Below are positions 25,411 to 36,902 of a stretch of DNA of 64,000 nt, one piece after another. A model generated the notes under the pieces. That model saw only the letters and a program-made list of their open reading frames with translations, was not told the origin of the DNA and ran no database searches. Source of the stretch: Antedon mediterranea (taxonomy: Eukaryota > Animalia > Echinodermata); assembly GCF_964355755.1 (NCBI RefSeq), contig NC_092673.1:13922948-13986947 (forward strand). Direction: 5' to 3'. Each line of letters starts with the position of its first letter. Within the stretch, counting starts at the first letter, position 1. The position numbers and the translations under genes are program-made.

Positions 25411-26402
25411 CAATATTAATGGATTGACCAATGTTGAGCTTAAACTACAAAAAAAGTTAAATAAAGTTTAAAATGAATTAATAAATTGTGTTTGTGTTCT
25501 TGGCTGCTTTACCGTTATAATACCATGTTAGATTTACTTCAAAATAATATATTTTGTTTATACGTGTTGTTAAACTACACACTGGCTGCTTACAATCTCT
25601 AAACTAATAACCAAAGATGATGATTCAAATATTGAATTTTTAATGATAATTATTATACAAAAAAACAAAATGTCAATGACACTAAACTGAAATAATAAAT
25701 GTTAAGAGGATATATTCATGATTTTAGATTGCTGGTTCTTAACCGAGTCGATTTTAATAGAACATTAAATCATTCTTATAGAATTTATTACCAGAGCCAT
25801 TTATAGTTTTGGAGAAAAACATTTACTGTACCTGCTCGCGCGTCAATATTATGGCTCTGGCTGACCGAAATGTCTAGCGCCCTCGGGACCACAGGCTGAC
25901 ATCCGATTTAAAATTCACAAATTGCTCCATGAGGCTGAGATAGAGTATTTGTTTTAGGTTTTGAATTTTATTGTTAAATTTGACTTTATTTTATAAAAAC
26001 AATTGTGTATATTATTGCTCCACACACTTTATTTTAAATATTTTAATTTAGCCGGCAATACTTCAAAGAAGGCAATTAAAAAAAACGTTTTTTAATTTTG
26101 AATTAACCAGTGTTGAGTCTCCTTTGTTTGGGTATTTATTACTTAACTTTTATTTCATTAAAAAAACAAACAATATAATACAAACAAAATAATCTCACAG
26201 CAATATTAATGCCGAAAATGTGGGGTTATTGATCAGTAGTAGTCTATAATTAGTTGTACTAGTAGGCCTACTGCTACTAGGCCTAGTTAGCTGGTACTAA
26301 AGAGTGTAGTAGAGGCCTGCTCTAGATAGGGGCCTGTAGTACTAACTAATTAATTATCATTAGTGCTCAATTAATTTATCATATTTAAGAATTATATACT
26401 TA

Positions 26403-26590
26403 CCTAAGACATATTGCTAGCATTTTCTTTGCACTTACACTCTTTCTAAAGAAGGTGCTCTGACATTCTGAAGTATTCATAAAATGTCTTCGTGAGAAGA
26501 CAATTCTCTGAACAATGTATGGAATTCCCCATTCCTGTCAAATGTGCGGTAATATTCTCTTAATAGAAGATTTCTCAAATGGTGCCAACA
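26403..26590 (-). pseudogene. PIF/Harbinger transposase N-terminal exon
   Basis: RNGEFHTLFREL..., EYFRMS and FRKSVSAKKMLAICL, followed by a GTAAGT donor at about 26402. Confidence 0.7.
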
Positions 26591-27502
26591 CTGCAAGCTA
26601 ACCACAGGGACCAAGATCAACTTGACCAAGACATATTTTACTACATTTTGAAATGAAACACCATTATAATTAACTTTCGTATGACAAAATAACAAGGAAA
26701 GTGATTTTAGACACACCTGGGACATAGGGCCTACCTTATTTTTATAGTTTGAAAGTGCTAGAAATATTACCTATTGGTTGATTGATCAATTTATTTCACA
26801 ATAAAAATTTCATTCAACAATTAAAAAACGTTGAAAAAAGGTTACCAGTACAATCAACCTGTTAGCTCTTTTAACTGCAAATGGACAATTAAGTCAAACA
26901 AATCTTTCTGTCCTGTATGATGCAATAAAAGTAACAGAACAATTTGTCTTTCAGTCAGTCATTAAAGAAAAGCTGTCTGCTTTCAAAAATATCAAGAAGC
27001 GTAAGGTAGCATCATTTTCACCACACGCTCAGCGCCATCCATTTTCAGGGCTAGTTGATTCGGCAGTTTACATTGTCATTTATCTTAAATAATAAAATAT
27101 TATAAAAAATACCCCATAGGCCCAATACTAATATTTTAATATTTGTAAAAGAACGGGTGGGTTGGGTGATTTATTTAAACTTGCAATAGTATGTTAAGTT
27201 GCGTAATGTCTGTCCGTACTAACATTAAAACCTAAAATGAAGTTCAAATTAAATTATTTGTTGGTGAATAAACGTCTAAAAAGTTTGTTTAAAGACTTCG
27301 GGCGTGACGAAAATGAGATAATGGATACTATTTTGACTTATGTTTGAACAAAAAGTAACTTGTAGACTACATAAGCTTATCCAACCTTATCAAAAACATA
27401 TTATTTAAAGAAAGTTTAACTGCGGCAAACTTAATGGATTGTGGTAGAACGTGTTACCAATATATATGAACCTTGGCAAATTACTGGCAAATTACTGAAA
27501 AA

Positions 27503-27663
27503 TAAAGTAGAACAGCCAGAAAGGTTAGCAGAGCTTTCGGGCAACACTAGCCCTTCATCAGTGCAAGTGAAATATATATATATATATCACTTGCAGGGCT
27601 AGTGTTGTTGAAGGGCTAGTGTTGCCCGAAAGCTCTGCTAACTTTTCTGGCTGTTTACTTTAT
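27503..27663. repeat. Fold-back (inverted repeat) with an (AT)n centre, Penelope-like terminal remnant
   Basis: 27503-27570 is the reverse complement of 27587-27663, apart from a small internal duplication in the right arm. Confidence 0.85.
27528..27564 (-). ncRNA. Minimal type I hammerhead ribozyme
   Basis: The minus strand reads GCA-CTGATGA-A-GGGC(TAGTGTT)GCCC-GAAA-GC-TC-TGC: both core boxes, a 4-bp stem II, a palindromic AGCT mini-stem III and a 3-bp stem I. Confidence 0.75.
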
Positions 27664-27939
27664 CGTTTTGATTTAGCTTTTCGCTTTTTTTTTTTGTATG
27701 TCCATTGAGATCCAGCCACTGATACCGCACAGCATTGTCATTTTTTTCAATATATATATATTATATATAAATCCAAAGGCAAATTACAGGGTGAACATAA
27801 ATACACAGACAGCTATTGCAAATCAAATATTCACTGTAAGAGCTATAATTAACATTCGGAATCAAACAATAAATACTGAGCATTACAATCAGTTAAACAA
27901 AATATTTGACCTGCAACTGTAAGAGATCATCTTGGCTGT

Positions 27940-29615
27940 GTGAAGGTGTCTTTTATCTCACCATCAACATCTGAACCAAGTAAGCCTACAATGAATGCCA
28001 CATCAAGTGAACCTATGCCTACAACAAGTGATTATGCAACGCCCAAAGAACCAAGTGAACACACGATACCATCAACATCTGAACCAAGTGAACCTACAAT
28101 GAATGCCACATCAAGTGAACCTACGCCTACAACAAGTGATTATGCAACGCCCAAAGAACCAAGTGAACACACGATACCATCAACATCTGAACCAAGTGAA
28201 CCTACAATGAATGCCACATCAAGTGAACATACGCCTACAACAAGTGATTATGCAACGCCCAAAGAACCAAGTGAACACACGATACCATCAACATCTGAAC
28301 CAAGTGAACCTACAATGAATGCCACATCAAGTGAACCTACGCCTACAACAAGTGATTATGCAACGCCCAAAGAACCAAGTGAACACACGATACCATCAAC
28401 ATCTGAACCAAGTGAACCTACAATGAATGCCACATCAAGTGAACATACGCCTACAACAAGTGATTATGCAACGCCCAAAGAACCAAGTGAACACACGATA
28501 CCATCAACATCTGAACCAAGTGAACCTACAATGAATGCCACATCAAGTGAACCTACGCCTACAACAAGTGATTATGCAACGCCCAAAGAACCAAGTGAAC
28601 ACACGATACCATCAACATCTGAACCAAGTGAACCTACAATGAATGCCACATCAAGTGAACCTACGCCTACAACAAGTGATTATGCAACGCCCAAAGAACC
28701 AAGTGAACACACGATACCATCAACATCTGAACCAAGTGAACCTACAATGAATGTCACATCAAGTGAACCTACGCCTACAACAAGTGATTATGCAACGCCC
28801 AAAGAACCAAGTGAACACACGATACCATCAACATCTGAACCAAGTGAACCTACAATGAATGCCACATCAAGTGAACATACGCCTACAACAAGTGATTATG
28901 CGACACCCAAAGAACCAAGTGAACACACGATAACAACAACAGAACAAGAACAAGTTACCAATCTAAATATGGAAGTTGATGACATTGTTATGAACGCAGC
29001 CAACAAAATATTAAAAAAGAATTATCCAAATGCTGGTGGCCTCCAAGATACAATCCTGCATGACCTAACGCACATGTTAAGTATCAGCCCTTTTATCCAA
29101 TTTGTAAATCTTAGGAACTCTCATTGGGTTACAATCTCTAATTCATCATGGTCTAATGTTGATAACAATTGTAATGTTGATGTTTTTGATAGCTTGCAAG
29201 AACAAAATAATTACAACTATCCACTAGAACTTACAGATGTTGCTTGCAAACTACTTCAACCATTAGTGCCAACAGTTAATATGGTATATGGTGTGGTCAC
29301 TTCGCCATTGCTTTTGTTGCTGCCCAGTGTGCTGGTAAGGACCCATCTCTCATAAAATTTGAAAGAAATGAATATATCATACAAAAGCAACTTGTAGAAA
29401 GGCTAGAGAAAGGTGATTTGAGGGGATACCTTGATATCGGATACAAAGAACAAATTCTGACTCTCTCCCAGATGATAGTGGTTCAATTGAACATCTGTTG
29501 AAACACCCCAATCCATGAAAACACTATAAGTTGTTTAGGATGCAAGAAGCACATACACAAACATTGCACATACACAAACATTGCACAACACAATACATGT
29601 GCAAGATGTGTTTCA
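27940..29615 (+). pseudogene. Repeat-linked Ulp1/C48-like cysteine protease followed by a degenerate PHD-like finger
   Basis: GGLQDT..FIQFVN..SHWVTISN..VFDSL lies in ORF 27940-29355. CGHFAIAF..GKDP lies in another frame from 29292. A CLGC..H..C..CKMC cluster lies at ~29530-29612. Confidence 0.7.
27961..28932 (+). repeat. Coding minisatellite, 108 bp x 9 (36-aa Pro/Ser/Thr/Glu repeat)
   Basis: PSTSEPSEPTMNATSSE(P/H)TPTTSDYATPKEPSEHTI x9; the copies are nearly identical and the frame is preserved. Confidence 0.97.
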
Positions 29616-29985
29616 AGAAAAGGGAAAAATATAATAAAATAGAACAAATAAGGACTGAGGCAAGGATTCAATCTGCAAAACAAGATCAGGTTTTACTACG
29701 AGAAATCCACTCATACAATTATATCAATTCCATAAACGTCCGAGTAAGTACTCCGTTAACTTGTAGCTTTTACAAAAACGAAATTTGTCATCTATATCAA
29801 TTCCATAGTTTTCATGGGAAAACTTCCAAGTGCAAGAGACCATGTTTTTCTGGGACCATTGGAAAAAAATGAGAATGGGGTATGTATCTCATTACACAAG
29901 CACAGAGGTTCCACAACGTCCATAATCAAAGTTGACAGCACCTCAAGGTCATGGACATTATTAATTAAACACAGTTGCACATGTA

Positions 29986-30980
29986 TTGTCCAAAGATGGA
30001 TTAGGTGTGTCTAAACAAAAAGTAGTTGCTGTGAAAGAAGCAAAGGTTCCGACGAATGTTGCGGAAGTTAGAAGTTTCTTAGGTTTGGTCGGGTATTGTG
30101 GAAGATATATAAATAATCTTTCAACAAGGGAAGAACCATTGCGAAGATTAACACGGGCAATACAACCCTGGGTCTGGGGTAAAGAACAAATGATTCTTTA
30201 AATGACCTGAAGAATGCACTTACGAGTGCAGAAGCAATGGCATATTACAATAACAAGGCTAAAACACAAGTTATAACTGATGCTAGCCCAGTTGGGGTAG
30301 GGGCAATTCTAGTACAAAAACAGGATGATGGCATGTTTAAGTTTATTAGTAGCAGTGGACTATTATTCTAGATGGTTTGAGGTAGGTGTACTACACTCAA
30401 CCACAGCAGAGAAAGTGATCGAGACGTTAGATAATTGGTTCACAACTCACGGATTACCAGAGATGATCGTGAGTGATAATGGTCCTCAGTTTAGAGGTGA
30501 TGAGTTTAAGAGGTTCGTAAATGAGAACGGAATTTCTCACAGAAAAACTACACCTTATTCTCCTCAAGCAAACGGAGAAGTTGAAAGGCAGAATAAAACA
30601 CTCCTAAAAGCTATTAGAGCAATGTCTGCCGAAGGGAAAGTGTGGAAGAGAGAGATTAATAAGTTTCTGTTGGCGTACAGAACAACACCACACTGTGTTA
30701 CTGGTGAAAGTCCAGCACAATTGATGTATGGTAGACAACTCAGGACCAAGTTGCCTGAGATGGGTAATGAAGGGAGAGACCCAAACGACGATAATATTAG
30801 AGTTAAGGATTATGAAAGTAAAGTAAAACAGAAGGAATATTGGGATAAAAGAAAGAAATCGAAAGAATCAGAAATTAAGAAAGGAGATAAAGTGTTTGTG
30901 AAACAGGATAAGAAAAATAAGTTGAGTACGACTTATGGAGAGATGCCATATAGTGTAATAGAAAAGAAGGGAAACAGTGT
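29986..30980 (+). pseudogene. pol: Gypsy pol remnant (RT/RNase H junction and integrase)
   Basis: EVRSFLGLVGY, TDASPVGVGA, VDYYSRW, SDNGPQF and NGEVERQN, with large internal deletions. Confidence 0.9.
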
Positions 30981-31059
30981 TCATATAGTTTATAGTTTTA
31001 ATGTTATAATTTTAATGTTAGTTAATTTTAGTTGTTATCTTAAATGAGAAAAGAAGGGA

Positions 31060-31228
31060 TGTAGTGTCTAGACACGGCAACCGAGAGGTCAAAGGTTGTT
31101 GAGCACATGAAAAGTGTGTGCGGTTTTGTTGTGCTGCGAGCACAAAGTATCGATAATAAATGCACCGTTGTTTGTGTTATTACTATATAGTTATGACGAC
31201 TAAGAGAGTAAGTGTATAGGAACTTACA
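31060..31228 (+). repeat. 3' LTR of the 30-kb Gypsy remnant
   Basis: PPT GAGAAAAGAAGGGA, then TGTAGT...ACTTACA, with an internal AATAAA. Confidence 0.7.
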
Positions 31229-33179
31229 GAGGTAACTAACTTTACAATTCCCAACCTGAGCTTTACCGGCTACAGAATTATAATTTAGAAATTGCTAAAT
31301 TGTAAAAAAAAAGCAATGTAAAAATCTGATGTGTTTATGATCTTTTTGAATAAAGTTCAGAGTGAATTAGAATATGGTTTGATTTCTTTTATTTATACCT
31401 TCTAAAAAAAAACATACGATATACAGAAACGGCATTTAAACGTGATTCCGAATTGTAGAAGGTCATCCTATAGTATCAAATTACCAATTATTGTCGACAG
31501 TGCGGTCGTGACTATGGAAATAGCAGCCTTTGTTCAAAACCGCAAGTGACTACGCCGTGACTACCCTCGACAGGAGGAAGTCTGGCGTGGTTCCACAAAA
31601 ACAACGATTTCCCACGCCTATGTTTTCAGTACTGTATGTTTTTTTTTAGTGGCTTCTGAAAAACATCGTAACTACGAAATTTTGAACTTAATATTTAGAT
31701 TATATGTTCTTGAAATTTTAAAATTTTGACATTGAATGTCCTTGAAATGTCCTGGAATTTTACTAGCTCACAGGTGTACGAACTCTGTAATCCAAATTCC
31801 ACACAAAGGGATAGCATTTGGCCTTTTTATAGGCTATTTACATAATCCCTTGGATACAATTTAAAAGATCTAAAATAATGAAATATACGCCATTAAAACA
31901 CATACATAAATATGACCTAAACAAAATGTTCCACATAATTGTTTACAGGGGTGGTGACCCGCCATATCACAGCCACAGTGGTACTCAAAGTATGTTTTGG
32001 TCAAGATGTTAAAGCCAGAGAATTTCTGAAACTTTTTGAATGCTAACTCAACGAGTCTAATCTAGTGCAGTCTGAAACAAGGAAGAAAATTATGGCAATG
32101 CAACAAGATATTTTCTTCACAATAAGAGATTGCATTATTGACAAAATGACCCACAAAGTATCGATGTCACCAAAAACGAAGGTAAGAATTGGATCAATTT
32201 TCATTCATATCGATTAAGCTTTAACAAAATAATTGTTGTTCCATGCTATGTCTAATAATGTACTATACTATGGACCGAGTACGTTTATGGTTGCCCGGTA
32301 GGCCTACTTAACACTTGATTGGTTGTGATATCAGTTACATAAAAGAAATATAAAGTACAAATATGTATTACTATATCACCTGAACAAAATAGTAACTAGA
32401 ATTTAATTCAACATTGGTTTGTCTCTTTACATCAGACTTTGACTCAAGTTTTTTATCAGCTTGCCAGTTTTACTTGAAAGGTCACCCTGTTTGGAACATT
32501 CTCGGAATGCTCCTACTCTTGTTGAACTTTCTCTTGTTCATCGATGTGAACATTGCAGTGGCACAGTACACTTACAATACATCTTTAAGAGATTAATTGG
32601 CTCCGCTAAAATCCAAAACCGTCCCAACATGTGCATTACAATTTGTTTTATGTACATAAAAGTCCAAGCGATTTCCGCTAAACGGCACGAAATCACCGAA
32701 AAACAGCTATTTTTTGGAGGTTTTTTCAAGGTAATTATTAATTGACAAATTTTTTGGCTGTTTCGACATTGTAATGCCTAATTAAGTACCTACAATGTCA
32801 TGTTATTTTTAATTTAAAAAAACTTAAAACGTCGTCGGCATTGATTTTTTAAGTTGGACGATTTGAAAATTGCCCTGTGTTAAAGAATAGACTTGTTTTG
32901 CCAATTTGTTGAGATTTTTACAGAAACGTTCGTAACGTTTGACCTAGTTATCCAATGATATTGGGTGTGCAAAAAGCTAATCAATCAAGCTTTCTAATGA
33001 CCTAAAGTAAAATGTGATTGCTTCAAAAAAGGGGTTGTGCCGACGAAGTATCTGAACCAGTGTTTTGGTTTGTCAGTGACCGGCTAGGATAGGTTGCTAA
33101 AGTCGCCAAACCTTTCCTGAGCAGTCAGAACGTAACGTTAAAACAGTTGCTGAAAAAATACTTACCCAAAAGGTAAAAG

Positions 33180-34505
33180 GTCTTTCCCGACTACGCCAAA
33201 GCGTTTGATAAACTGCCTCACCAAATTATTTTAAAGAAGCTGGCTAGTCACTTCAATATCAGAGGCAATGTCTGGAAATGGATTAAGTTATTTCTATTGG
33301 GATGTTCCCAAAGAGTCTTGTATCAAGGATCCATTAGCCCATCATCCCCAGTTACCTCTGGCATACCACAGGGCAGCGTACTTGGACCCCTTATTTTTAA
33401 CTTGTTTATCATCTATTATCTCCCCATGTGCATTGTTTGCCGATGACACGATAATTTATAGAAATATATTTGCAGTAGATGATGAAGTTGTTCTTCAGTG
33501 CGATCTTCTTGGTGTGATCTAAATGAAATGGAGCTTAACTTAAATAAAACCAAGGTTCTCCACATTACAAGAACAAGGAAAGAATATAGACCTGTTTATC
33601 ATATAAATGACTTGCCTATTAAATCCGTATCTAGTCGTTGTCATCTGGGGGTCACGATTAATAGTGACCTTACTTGGGATGACCATGTAAACTTAATTAT
33701 TTCTCGTTCAAATCGAATGTTAGTTTTTATTACTAGTATTGCAGGAGGATCATCCCCTTCAGCAATGTTCTCGCTCTATAAAGCTCTCATTGTCCCCATC
33801 CTTGAATATGGTTTGTTTGAAGAGGTTACCCAGAGGGCCCAGTTGGTGATCAGTGGCTGTGATGTACTAATACACCGGGGTAACCCCCTACTCGTCTCGA
33901 AAGATGTACTAGGTTCTTTAAAGTGCACACGAGCAAGTTGTGTACACTGGACCTACGGTTTATAGTCCTTATCCGAGAAAACTCGTTCTACCACCAGAAC
34001 CATGGAGTGAGTGAGCCTCGAACCCCTGCCGATGTTATGGCTACGTGAGTACGGTTCCACTGTCTTAACCACTCGGCCACTCACTCACTCATGGTGTCTC
34101 TGCGTGGTTGCCTCGAACCAAAACACTTGCGGAACGTATCGAGGCAGTCCAGCAAAGGGCCACTAGGCTTGTCCTTAAACAAAGAAGAGGTGAAATGGAA
34201 TACGAGGAACGTCTCACTAAGCTAAATTGGCCTACACTATCTAATCGAAGAAATTATCTTCTGTTATCCTTTGTTTGTAAATCACTTATTAAAACGGTTG
34301 ATTGTAGTAGTGTTCGTCAATTTATAGTTGTTAATGGCCAACACGTTGATACACTCAAGTTCATTCATCACTATGCTTGAACCAATTGTCTTCATCATTC
34401 CGCTATTAACATATTTCCTAGGTTATGGGAACAGTTACCGGAAATGATTACAAATTCTTTAATTTTCCAACATTTAAATTCACTTAAATCACATGTATTA
34501 TATTG
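33180..34505 (+). pseudogene. LINE (CR1/L2-like) RT and C-terminus, decayed, split by a SINE
   Basis: DYAKAFD, GIPQGSVLGP, LFADDT, HLGVTINSDLTW, PILEYG|VSAW and IEAVQQRATR. Confidence 0.88.
33813..34090 (-). mobile_element. tRNA-headed SINE with Deu/Nin-like central domain
   Basis: The minus strand has an A box TGGCCGAGTGG, a B box GGTTCGAG and a central CGGATAAGGACTATAAACCGTAGGTCC..AAAGAACC..CCCCGGTGT. TSD ATGGT (33808-33812; 34091-34095); removing the insert restores the LINE frame. Confidence 0.85.
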
Positions 34506-34921
34506 ACTTTGTTGAATCGACTATAAGTATTCTTGTATTCTTTATTTATTTTTATCAATTTATCTAAGGTCGTGTTTATACAACACACTAAATTTAAACA
34601 CGGCTTTAATTTTTAGCGTGTTGTTCGGACCGAGGTCAACCCACCTTAACGTTTGCTGTTATACTAGAAATCACGATACCGTGTTGTACCGGAAGTTTCA
34701 TCAACACGCAGTGCATGCTAGGATAAAAGGTCAAATCGTTCGCTTGAATTGGCTGGGTTGTCAACAATCATCGTCGTCTCCTCGCTGTCCGATGTATTCG
34801 CGCGGTTTTTACCATTTTCATTATTGTATTCGTTCACGTTTGCATTGTTGTTTATTTTGTTCTCGGTTCATTTAAATTAATAAAAGTTATTTTACGGGTT
34901 TCATTGTTTCATCTATACACC

Positions 34922-36455
34922 ATGGAAGAAGATGCCATTTTTGCGATGTTATTTTTTATTCTGTTTGGAGTGGGAAACGATAGAGGCCTACTAGTTGGCC
35001 CCACTAGGCTAGGCGTAAGACGTGGTAGGAGGATGGTTGCTGGCCTAAATGATGACATTGTGGTATCACATCAACAACTGATGTATATGGCTTTAATAAC
35101 ATTTCGTTTGATAATAGAGGAGTATGTCCAAGCACCAAGATTTCGCCGAATGGGGCACATCTTTAGAAGTGACTGTTGGTGGCGTATTGATGTTCTCCAA
35201 CATTTCAATAATAATCAATGGAGGGAACATTTCAGAATGACAAAACCAACTTTTAATTACCTATGTGACCGCCTAGAACCAATAATTCGTAGAAAACCAA
35301 ATAAGTTTGGGCGCAATATGTCTACAAAAAAATGTGTGGCGATAACCATATATAGACTTGCAACCTGTTGTGATTTACGAACAATTGCAAATTTGTTTGG
35401 TGTAGCAAGGTGTAGTGCATGTGTGGTTGTGCACCAAGTTTGTAGGGCTATTGTGCAAGTTCTCCGAGCAGAGTATGTTGTTTGGCCAACAGATCAACGC
35501 CTAACAGAAACCATCAACGGCTTTCAACAGAAGCATGGTTTTCCGCAATGTGCCGGGGCTATTGATGGTTCCCATATCCCGATAATATCCCCTAATGAAT
35601 TTGCTGCAGATTACTACAATCGTAAAGGTTGGCACTCGATAGTGTTACAAGCTGTAGCCGATAACAATTTGAGGTAACACTATTTAAAAAAATAAAATAG
35701 GTTATTAATTAATAGGTTAACAAAGAAAAACTGAAATCTCAATTTGTTATTAATTTATTGCTTTTCTTTGTTCTGCAGATTTACAGACCTCTATGTTGGT
35801 TGGCCCGGTAAAGTTCACGATGCTCGCATTCTACGTAATTCTGCATTGTACGAAAAAGGAGTAGACGGCCAACTGTTTCCGAGGGTTAGTACAGTACTTA
35901 AAAACGTAATATTGAACGATTGACTATACAATATATGTTTTTTACTAATAATGTAGAGCACTTGAATTTGTGATTTAAGGTAGATCAGACAATTTGCATT
36001 TGATTTAAATAAATCTATGCTTTTCTTCATTATAGAGAACAGTAGTCATAAATGGAGTACATGTGCCGATAATGATTCTTGGTGACCCTGCATATCCTCT
36101 GATGAAATGGTTGATGAAAGGTTTCCCTGTGACCGAAAATATAACAAGGGAACAGACAGTTTTTAATTACAGACTATCAAAAGCTAGGATGGTCGTTGAA
36201 AGGGCGTTTGGCATGTTGAAGGGGAGATGGAGAATATTAATGAAGCGTAATGACAGTGCTCTTAAAAATGTGGGATGCATGGTGATGGCTTGCTGTATTT
36301 TACACAATTTGTGTATCGACGAGGGAGAAATTTATAACCCAGAATGGGAGATTCCCGAGGACCTTCCACAACCTGAACCACATGAAGAAGTCAATCCACA
36401 AGGCGGTGTTTCAGCAAATGACATAAGAGCGGCATTGGTACAAATGTTTGCATAA
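34922..36455 (+). CDS. Harbinger DDE transposase, 3 exons (34922-35673, 35779-35884, 36036-36455), 425 aa
   Basis: GT-AG introns join into an open 1278-nt frame with catalytic AIDGSH, GDPAY and VERAFG. Confidence 0.92.
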
Positions 36456-36738
36456 CAATCTATCTAGTTTATTGTATATAAATATAAATACAGTAGTACA
36501 CTATAACTGGTTAAAGTCAGTTTTGAACATGCATCCAATATTCAACAGGATAAAAAATACTGTAAATATGTAAATTAAAGGTGATTTAGTAAAAACTATG
36601 TTTGCATAACAATCTATCTAGTTTATTGATTTCCTGTTTGTATATAAATACAGTAGTACACAATAACAGGTTCTGGTCAGTTTTGAATATGCCTCCAATA
36701 TTCAACACATTAAAAAATACTGTAATTAAATGTGATTT
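36449..36738 (+). repeat. ~155-bp tandem duplication between the convergent Harbinger genes
   Basis: TGCATAACAATCTATCTAGTTTATTG...AAAAAATACTGTAA occurs twice. Confidence 0.8.
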
Positions 36739-36902
36739 AGCTGAAAACTGATAAATAAAGCTCTGGAATGAATTTTGCATAGAAATAATGTTGTATGTAA
36801 ACTAAAAGTAAATGTGAAAAAATCAATTTAACATAAATACATGCACAAAACAAAACAAAAATCCACAGCATAATAATGAAAGTAAATAGCAGTGTAGGAT
36901 GA

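Larger units (their letters stand above)
23289..25900. mobile_element. Putative non-autonomous TIR element carrying an SprT-like exon and a minisatellite
   Basis: The repeat block at 23289-23385 is inverted at 25857-25900; no TSD was identified. Confidence 0.5.

Noticed and set aside
24861-25419. ORFs 24947-25189 and 25210-25419 as genes
   Set aside because: They are translations of the 96-bp tandem repeat, with no domain.
27940-29355. Host mucin gene
   Set aside because: There is no signal peptide, and the repeat leads into a frameshifted Ulp1-like domain in a TE-only context.
32599-33081. Possible MITE with GG..CCAAAAC / GTTTTGG..CC ends
   Set aside because: The inverted match is too weak and no TSD was found.
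33990-34090. tRNA gene
   Set aside because: The A and B boxes belong to the SINE head, and there is no proper cloverleaf.
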